From assembly GCA_036676985.1 (NCBI GenBank), contig JAKFBU010000023.1, positions 192,001 through 256,000 of the forward strand: 64,000 bases of DNA. Reading direction: 5' to 3'. Below the pieces are notes generated by a model. The model did not search any database. It saw only the letters and a list, made by a program, of their open reading frames with translations, and was not told the origin of the DNA. Below, piece by piece: positions 58,097-64,000 of the stretch (position 1 is its first letter; each line of letters starts with the position of its first letter). The stretch is from Candidatus Sericytochromatia bacterium. GTDB lineage: Bacteria > Cyanobacteriota > Sericytochromatia > S15B-MN24 > UBA4093. A program made the translations under genes and the position numbers.

Positions 58097-58696
58097 CTAT
58101 TGCATGCGACGAATGACGGCCACGACCCGACCCTGGATGGTGACCGCTGGGACCCGGATGGGCTCCATGCTGGAATTGGCGGGCTGCAGCCGGATGTGGT
58201 CCGCCTCGCGGTACAGGCGCTTGAGGGTGGCCTCCCCATCCGGCAAGAGGGCCACGACGATCTCGCCGTTGCGGGCGGTGGCCTGGGGACGGACCACGAC
58301 GTAGTCGCCGTCGGCGATGTGGTCCTCGATCATGCTCTCCCCTTTGACCCGCAAGAGAAAGGTGCCGGCCAGCTGCAGGTCCTCGGCGAGTTGCAGGGAT
58401 TCCCTCGACTCGATGGCTTCGATGGGCCGACCCGCGGCGATGCGTCCCATCACGGGGAGCCGGTAGGGGTCGGGCCGCTCGACCTTGTCGGTGAGGCGCA
58501 GGTTGCGGCTCACGCCCGGCTCCCGATCCAGGTAACCCTTGCGCTCGAGGGCACGCAGGTGGTCCTGGATGGTGCCCGGCGCCTTGACGCCCAGGGCGGC
58601 CGCCAGCTCCCGAACGGTCGGGACCTGCCCGTGGCGCTCATGGTGCTCGACGATGCGATCGAGCAGCTCGCGCTGACGGGCCGTCAAGTCGTCCAT
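58097..58696 (-). CDS. lexA: SOS repressor LexA
   Basis: LTARQ, PTVREL, HLRALERKGY, Ala-Gly cleavage IAAG, GESM, TLKR. Confidence 0.96.
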   Translation of the reverse strand: MDDLTARQRELLDRIVEHHERHGQVPTVRELAAALGVKAPGTIQDHLRALERKGYLDREPGVSRNLRLTDKVERPDPYRLPVMGRIAAGRPIEAIESRESLQLAEDLQLAGTFLLRVKGESMIEDHIADGDYVVVRPQATARNGEIVVALLPDGEATLKRLYREADHIRLQPANSSMEPIRVPAVTIQGRVVAVIRRMQ

Positions 58697-58778
58697 TCAC
58701 CCTCCCCCGCGCCGCATCCGGCATCGATCGGCCTGCCAAATGCCTTCGAAAGCCCGTTTCATGCGGCGACTTGCATGA

Positions 58779-58820
58779 ACCATACACTTGTATGGTAAGG
58801 TAGAACAAACGTTCCGTCAA
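58779..58820 (-). promoter_or_regulatory. lexA promoter with SOS box(es)
   Basis: Minus-strand TTGACG-17-TACCAT; GAACAAACGTTC (58803-58814) in spacer; palindrome ACCATACA-CT-TGTATGGT (58779-58796) over -10. Confidence 0.8.
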
Positions 58821-58901
58821 GGGCTTGCCCAGGGAATAGGCAGACACGAATTGTTATGCTATAGTTTTAAGATGTGTTAAGCACTCAGGGAGGCAATTGC
58901 C

Positions 58902-59081
58902 ATGAACGGGCTCGAACAAACCGGACACAAGGTCGGACTGCTCACCCTGCTTACGGTCTGCCACTCGTTGAGCCGTGCGCCCAAGCGGCAGCACGAGGCG
59001 CTCGCCCATTTCACGCGGCGCTCTCAGGGGCTGGGGCTCGGCTTCATGCTGTCCTGGTCGGCCCGTCCGCGCCGGCGCTAA
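58902..59081 (+). CDS. Small 59-aa basic protein divergent from lexA (not in ORF track)
   Basis: Extended -10 TGCTATAGT (58857), SD AGGGAGG, terminator 59106-59134. Confidence 0.5.
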   Translation: MNGLEQTGHKVGLLTLLTVCHSLSRAPKRQHEALAHFTRRSQGLGLGFMLSWSARPRRR

Positions 59082-59153
59082 CCCCCCAACTCACGCGAAA
59101 ACCACGCCGGGGTGTCGGTTGCACCCCGGCTTTTGGGTTGATATACTGACATG

Positions 59154-59605
59154 GTCAGTGGGACGGGCGATCGCGGGATCTGGAGGACCCCTCCAGGACC
59201 TGAGGAAAGTCCGAGCTCCATAGGGTAGGACGCTGGGTAACGCCCAGTGGGGGAAACCCCGAGGATAGTGCCACAGAAAGATACCGCCCGACGCATTCGT
59301 CGCACCATTGCCGCGCTCCAACGCGTCATGATATGGCCGAACGGCTACCGAACCGAACGCGGCTGTGCAGGTGCCTGGATCCACTAGGTGTCGGGTAAGG
59401 GTGCAAAGGTGGGGTAAGAGCCCACCAGCAGCCGGGTGACCGGCTGGCTAGGTAAACCCCGTCCGGAGCAAGACCAAACAGGGGAAGTTGACGCGACCCG
59501 CCGATTCCCCGGGTTAGGTCGCTCGAGGCGATGGGCAACCATCGTCCCAGATAGATGATCGCCCCCTCCGCGGGGGGACAGAACTCGGCTTACAGGCCCA
59601 CTGAC
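59154..59605 (+). ncRNA. rnpB: RNase P RNA, bacterial type A
   Basis: GAGGAAAGTCC, AGTGCCACAGAAA, GGTAAACCCC, ACAGAACTCGGCTTAC; P1 GTCAGTGGG/CCCACTGAC; promoter TTGCAC-17-TATACT. Confidence 0.96.
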
Positions 59606-59607
59606 AC

Positions 59608-59637
59608 GGGGCGAGACCGCGGTCTCGCCCCTTCTTT
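59608..59637 (+). terminator. rnpB terminator
   Basis: GGGGCGAGACC / GGTCTCGCCCC + TTCTTT. Confidence 0.75.
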
Positions 59638-59688
59638 ACTCCAGCCTGTGCGCATGGTCACAGCAGTTACGAGAGGGGATGGCCTAGC

Positions 59689-60615
59689 GTGGTGGAGGCC
59701 AATTATCATCTGCCGGTGCTGCCCGACGAGGTCCTGGCGGCCTTGGCGCCCGAAAAGGGGGGCAAGGTGCTGGACGGCACGCTCGGAGGCGGAGGCCATG
59801 CGGCCCTCCTCTTTCAGGCGGTGGGTCCCGAGGGCTTCCTCTACGGCATCGACCAGGACCCCCGGGCCCTGCAAGAAGCCGAGGCACGACTGGCGGCGAT
59901 TGGCCCCAACTTCGAACTGAGGCGCGGCAACTTCGGAGAGGTCCTCCAGTCGTGGCCGCCCGAGCCCTTGGACGGCATCCTGCTCGACATCGGGGTCTCG
60001 AGCCACCAGCTGGACACCCCGGAGCGCGGATTCTCGTTTTGGCGGGAGGGACCCCTCGACATGCGGATGGATCCGAACGCCCCGACCACCGCGGCGGATC
60101 TGGTCAACCAGCTCGACGAGCGGTCCCTCGCGGACCTGTTGTTCCGCTACGGCGAGGAGCGTCTCTCGCGCCCCGTCGCCCGGGCCATCGTGGCGCGCCG
60201 CCAGCAAAAGCCCTTCGAAACCACCACCGAGCTCTCGGACGTCGTCAGCCGGGTGGTCCCCCGCAGCAAGGACGGCATCCATCCCGCCACGCGCACCTTC
60301 CAGGGCCTGCGCATCGCCGTCAACGACGAGCTGGGCGTCCTGGAGCGGGCCCTGCCCGCGGCCGTCCAGCGCCTCAAGCCGGGCGGCCGGCTCGCGGTGA
60401 TCACCTTCCACTCGCTCGAGGACCGGATCGTCAAGCAGTTCATGCGCGCCGAGGAGAAGGGCTGCGTCTGCCCGCCCCGCATCCCCATGTGCGTCTGCGG
60501 CAAGGCCCCGACCGTGGAGGTCGAGACGTCCAAGCCCATCATCGCCACGGCCGAGGAGACCGACCGGAACCCGCGCGCGCGGTCGGCCAAGCTCCGCGTC
60601 GCCAGGAGGATCTGA
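59689..60615 (+). CDS. rsmH: 16S rRNA m4C1402 methyltransferase
   Basis: HLPVL, DGTLGGGGHA, GPLDMRMD, ITFHSLEDR, NPRARSAKLR. Confidence 0.96.
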   Translation: MVEANYHLPVLPDEVLAALAPEKGGKVLDGTLGGGGHAALLFQAVGPEGFLYGIDQDPRALQEAEARLAAIGPNFELRRGNFGEVLQSWPPEPLDGILLDIGVSSHQLDTPERGFSFWREGPLDMRMDPNAPTTAADLVNQLDERSLADLLFRYGEERLSRPVARAIVARRQQKPFETTTELSDVVSRVVPRSKDGIHPATRTFQGLRIAVNDELGVLERALPAAVQRLKPGGRLAVITFHSLEDRIVKQFMRAEEKGCVCPPRIPMCVCGKAPTVEVETSKPIIATAEETDRNPRARSAKLRVARRI

Positions 60616-60616
60616 C

Positions 60617-61024
60617 ATGCCGGTGGCCTCTCCCAACGCCCGGGCCCTGCCCGCCCTGCGCACGCCCCCCACGCGCCGACCCGGCTGGAACGTGCTAATG
60701 CCGCGCCGCGCGGGTACGTCATGGCTGACGATCGCCCTGTCGGGGCTGCTTGCGGCCAACGTCGGCCTCTACGTCGTGACCGTCATCCAGGAGGCCGGTC
60801 TCAACCGCACCCAGGCGGACCTGCTCGCCAAGCGCCGTGAGAACGTGCGCCTACGGGCCGAGCGAGCCTCGGCGGAGGCACCGGATCGGATCGAGGCCCG
60901 TGCGGTCGCCGAGTTGCACCTGGAGCCCGGCAAGAGCCCCTGGCTGCTGCCCGCGCCGCCCGCGCTCCCCGAGAGCCCGGTACGCCTGGCCAAGCCGACC
61001 TTTGGAGTACCCGAGGCCTATTAA
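60617..61024 (+). CDS. ftsL: Cell division protein FtsL-like
   Basis: Single TM then coiled coil, RIEARA; position between rsmH and ftsI. Confidence 0.7.
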   Translation: MPVASPNARALPALRTPPTRRPGWNVLMPRRAGTSWLTIALSGLLAANVGLYVVTVIQEAGLNRTQADLLAKRRENVRLRAERASAEAPDRIEARAVAELHLEPGKSPWLLPAPPALPESPVRLAKPTFGVPEAY

Positions 61025-61026
61025 GA

Positions 61027-62760
61027 ATGGCGCGCCACCAAACCATTCGCGCCCGTAGCAGCTGGATCTACGGCACCCTCGCGCTCGGCGCCCTGGCCCT
61101 CTGCGGCCGCATGGTCTTCCTCCAGGTCTTCCAGGCCCCCCACCTGACGTCCTTGGCGCGCGAGCAGCGCACCCGCGAAGTGGACCTCGCCTCGGTGCGC
61201 GGCGAGATCGTCGATCGCAACGGTAGGGAGCTCGCCGTCTCGGTGGACGCGGCCTCCGTCTACGCGCAGCCCGTCGACTTCGAGCTCGAGCCCGCCCAGA
61301 TCGCCGCCCGCCTCGCCCCGGTGCTCAAGCGGGACGCCGCCGAGCTCGAGAAGGGCCTCCAGGGACGCCACTGGCGCTGGCTCCTGCGGCAGCAGGACCA
61401 GGAGGTGGGCAAGGCCGTCAAGGCCCTCAAGATCTCGGGCATCGGCGTCATCCGCGAGTCCAAGCGCCTGTATCCCAAAGAGACGCTCGCCGCCGCCCTG
61501 ATCGGCTTCGTCGGCGTGGACAACCAGGGCCTCGCGGGCATCGAGCGCTACTTCGACCACGTCCTGCGCGGCGGCTCCCAGAAGCTCCTGGTGCAGGTGG
61601 ACGCCCGGGGCCGCGAGATCCTGCGCGAGAACAGCGGCTCGCCCCTGCGGACGCTGCTCACGGACGGCGCCCGGGTGGTCCTGACCCTCGACGAGACCAT
61701 CCAGCACATCGCCCAGCGCGAGCTCGCGCTCGCCATCGAGAAGCTGAAGGCCAAGCGAGGGGCCGTGCTCGTCATGAACGCCAAGACGGGCGACCTCTTG
61801 GCCTATGCGACCTTGCCGTCGTACGACCCGAACCACTACCGCGAGGCCGACTGGAGCCTCATCAAGAACTGGGTGGCGCAGGACGTCTACGAGCCGGGCT
61901 CCACCATCAAGATCTTCACGGTGGCGAGCGCCCTCCAGGCGGGGGTCGTCACGACCTCGACCCGCTTTCCCTGCGGCCCCACCATCAAGATCGGCAAGCA
62001 CACCATCTCGGACCACGACGCCCCGGCGGGCATCCGGCAGCTCGACCTCGAGCAGATCCTGGAACACTCGTCGAACGTCGGGTCCCTGCAGGTGGGCCTG
62101 CGGATGCCCGAGGCCTTCCACCGGTCCATGCTGACCCGCTTCGGCTTCGGCGCGGTCACGCAGTCGGGCATCGGAGGCGAGAGCAAGGGCCTGTTGCCGC
62201 CCTTGCCCTGGCCGACCATGCGGCAAGGCTCCATCTCCTTCGGCTACGGCCTCTCCGTGACGCCCCTGCAGATCGTCACGGCCGCCACGGCCATCGCGGA
62301 CGAGGGACGGCTGCACCCGCCGCGGCTCATCGACAAGGTGGTGAGCCCGGACGGCAAGGTCCTGCAGGAGTTCCCGCAGGCCACCGCGAGCCAGGTCATC
62401 TCGCCGGAGGTCTCGCGCCAGATGCTCTCGATGCTGCAGCAGGTCGTGGACACCGGAACCGGGACAGCGGCGAAGGTCCCGGGGTATAATGTGGCGGGCA
62501 AGACGGGCACGGCGAACAAGTCCCGCGAGTCGGGCGGCGGCTACACTTCCGACGTCATTGCCTCTTTTTTGGGTTTCGCGCCGGCAGAAAAGCCGCAACT
62601 CGTCGTGCTCGCGTTGCTAGACAGCCCTCAGAATGCCCACTATGCGAGCTTGACCGCCGTGCCCTTGTTCCAGGCAGTCGTCAGGCAGACGCTTCCCTAC
62701 CTGGGCATCATGCCGTACGTTCCGATCGAGCAGAAAGTGACGTCCCATGCAACTCGCTGA
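61027..62760 (+). CDS. ftsI: Class B penicillin-binding protein
   Basis: RGEIVDRNG, EPGSTIK, SSN, GKTGT; dcw position. Confidence 0.92.
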   Translation: MARHQTIRARSSWIYGTLALGALALCGRMVFLQVFQAPHLTSLAREQRTREVDLASVRGEIVDRNGRELAVSVDAASVYAQPVDFELEPAQIAARLAPVLKRDAAELEKGLQGRHWRWLLRQQDQEVGKAVKALKISGIGVIRESKRLYPKETLAAALIGFVGVDNQGLAGIERYFDHVLRGGSQKLLVQVDARGREILRENSGSPLRTLLTDGARVVLTLDETIQHIAQRELALAIEKLKAKRGAVLVMNAKTGDLLAYATLPSYDPNHYREADWSLIKNWVAQDVYEPGSTIKIFTVASALQAGVVTTSTRFPCGPTIKIGKHTISDHDAPAGIRQLDLEQILEHSSNVGSLQVGLRMPEAFHRSMLTRFGFGAVTQSGIGGESKGLLPPLPWPTMRQGSISFGYGLSVTPLQIVTAATAIADEGRLHPPRLIDKVVSPDGKVLQEFPQATASQVISPEVSRQMLSMLQQVVDTGTGTAAKVPGYNVAGKTGTANKSRESGGGYTSDVIASFLGFAPAEKPQLVVLALLDSPQNAHYASLTAVPLFQAVVRQTLPYLGIMPYVPIEQKVTSHATR

Positions 62761-64000
62761 GCTGATGGCAGGATTCCGGGAGGCCTCGGGCCGCCCGCTT
62801 TCGGGTGAGGCCGCCGGGGTCGCCTACGACTCGCGCCGCGTCGAGCCGGGTGCCGTCTTCGTGGCCCTCAAGGGCGCCCGCGTGGACGCCCACGATCGCC
62901 TGGACGAGGTGATCGCCAAGGGCGCCTCCGCCGTGGTGGTCGACGCGGCCTGGTACGCGCGCGCGGGCCGCGACCTCGGCCTGCCCACCTTCCCGGTGTC
63001 GGACGGCCGGCAGGTGCTCGCCCAGCTCGCCGACCGCTTCTTCGGGCATCCGTCGGGCGCTCTGGCCGTGGTCGGCGTGACGGGCACCAACGGCAAGACC
63101 ACCACCACCCACCTGATCGAGGCCATCCTCCAGGATGCCGGTCAGACGACGGGCCTCATCGGCACCCTCGGCAGCCGCTTCTCGGGGGGCACCATCGAGA
63201 CGGGCCACACGACGCCGCAGGCCCTCGAGCTGCAGGGCATCTTCGCCCAGATGCGCCGCGCCGGCGTGCAGTCGGTGGTCATGGAGGTGAGCTCGCACGC
63301 GCTCGACCAGGCCCGCGTGGCCTGCACCTCCTTCAAGGTCGGCGTCTTCACCAACCTGACGGTCGATCACCTGGACTACCACGGGACCATGGAGGCCTAC
63401 GGCGCCGCCAAGGCCAAGCTCTTCGAGGGCCTGCCGCCGGAGGGTCGGGCGGTCATCAACCGCGACGATCCCGAGTCCGAGCGCTTCATCCAGGCGAGTG
63501 CGGCCCCCGTGCTCACCTACTCGGCCATGGGTCAGCCCGCCGACGTGCACGCCGAGGCCCTCGACATGCACCCGGGCGGCAGCAACTTCACGCTCGTGAC
63601 GCCCGCGGGCAGCGTGCCGGTCTCCCTGCGCCTGCCGGGCCTCTTCAACGTCTCCAACGCGCTCGCGGCCGCCGGAGCCGCCCTCGCCCTCGGCGTCGAC
63701 CTGCCGTCCATCGCCCGCGGCCTCGGCCGCATGCGCGGCGTGCCCGGCCGGGTCGAGGTCGTCACGACCCCGGACAACCCCTTCACCGTCCTCGTGGACT
63801 ACGCCCACACCCCGGACGGCCTCGAGAACGTCCTCAAGACGGCCCGCGCCTTCACCCGGGGCGAGCTCATCGTCGTCTTCGGCTGTGGGGGCGATCGCGA
63901 CGCCACCAAGCGCCCGCAGATGGGGGCCATCGCGTCCAACCTGGCCGATCGGGTCTTTCTGACCTCGGACAACCCGCGCTCGGAGGACCCCCAGGAGATC
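62747..64000 (+). CDS. murE: UDP-MurNAc-dipeptide ligase, 3' truncated by window edge
   Basis: DSRRV, GTNGKTT, TTP, MEVSSHAL, DHLDYH, VDYAHTPDG, FGCGGDRD, SDNPR. Confidence 0.95.
   Translation, partial: MQLAELMAGFREASGRPLSGEAAGVAYDSRRVEPGAVFVALKGARVDAHDRLDEVIAKGASAVVVDAAWYARAGRDLGLPTFPVSDGRQVLAQLADRFFGHPSGALAVVGVTGTNGKTTTTHLIEAILQDAGQTTGLIGTLGSRFSGGTIETGHTTPQALELQGIFAQMRRAGVQSVVMEVSSHALDQARVACTSFKVGVFTNLTVDHLDYHGTMEAYGAAKAKLFEGLPPEGRAVINRDDPESERFIQASAAPVLTYSAMGQPADVHAEALDMHPGGSNFTLVTPAGSVPVSLRLPGLFNVSNALAAAGAALALGVDLPSIARGLGRMRGVPGRVEVVTTPDNPFTVLVDYAHTPDGLENVLKTARAFTRGELIVVFGCGGDRDATKRPQMGAIASNLADRVFLTSDNPRSEDPQEI

Overview
A high-GC bacterial chromosomal window with no prophage, transposase, CRISPR array, rRNA or tRNA that I can detect. 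Housekeeping content: aspS/asnS/hisS, Bacillus-type sdhCAB, lexA with a GAAC-N4-GTTC box, rnpB, and the start of a dcw cluster (rsmH-ftsL-ftsI-murE, no mraZ). It also carries ABC transporters and about 14 predicted lipoproteins, many of them hydrolases or orphans. Several features resemble cyanobacterial counterparts, but there are no photosynthesis genes, so I infer (unverified) a non-photosynthetic Cyanobacteria-related lineage such as Sericytochromatia. Signals absent from the ORF track: (1) a candidate three-hairpin sRNA at ~55.5 kb whose two loop regions are complementary, at identical 17-nt spacing, to the Shine-Dalgarno region and a GU tract in the 5' leader of a beta-propeller lipoprotein gene 27 kb away, whose paralog has a similar GU tract; (2) a TlpA-like lipoprotein with an in-frame UGA in its UxxC site plus a SECIS-like hairpin; (3) two unannotated small ORFs flanking lexA and a stand-alone 37-aa gene. 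Also notable: a Tyr/Gly/Arg-rich lipoprotein and a low-GC anticodon-domain segment inside hisS. All product calls come from motifs read by eye, without database searches.
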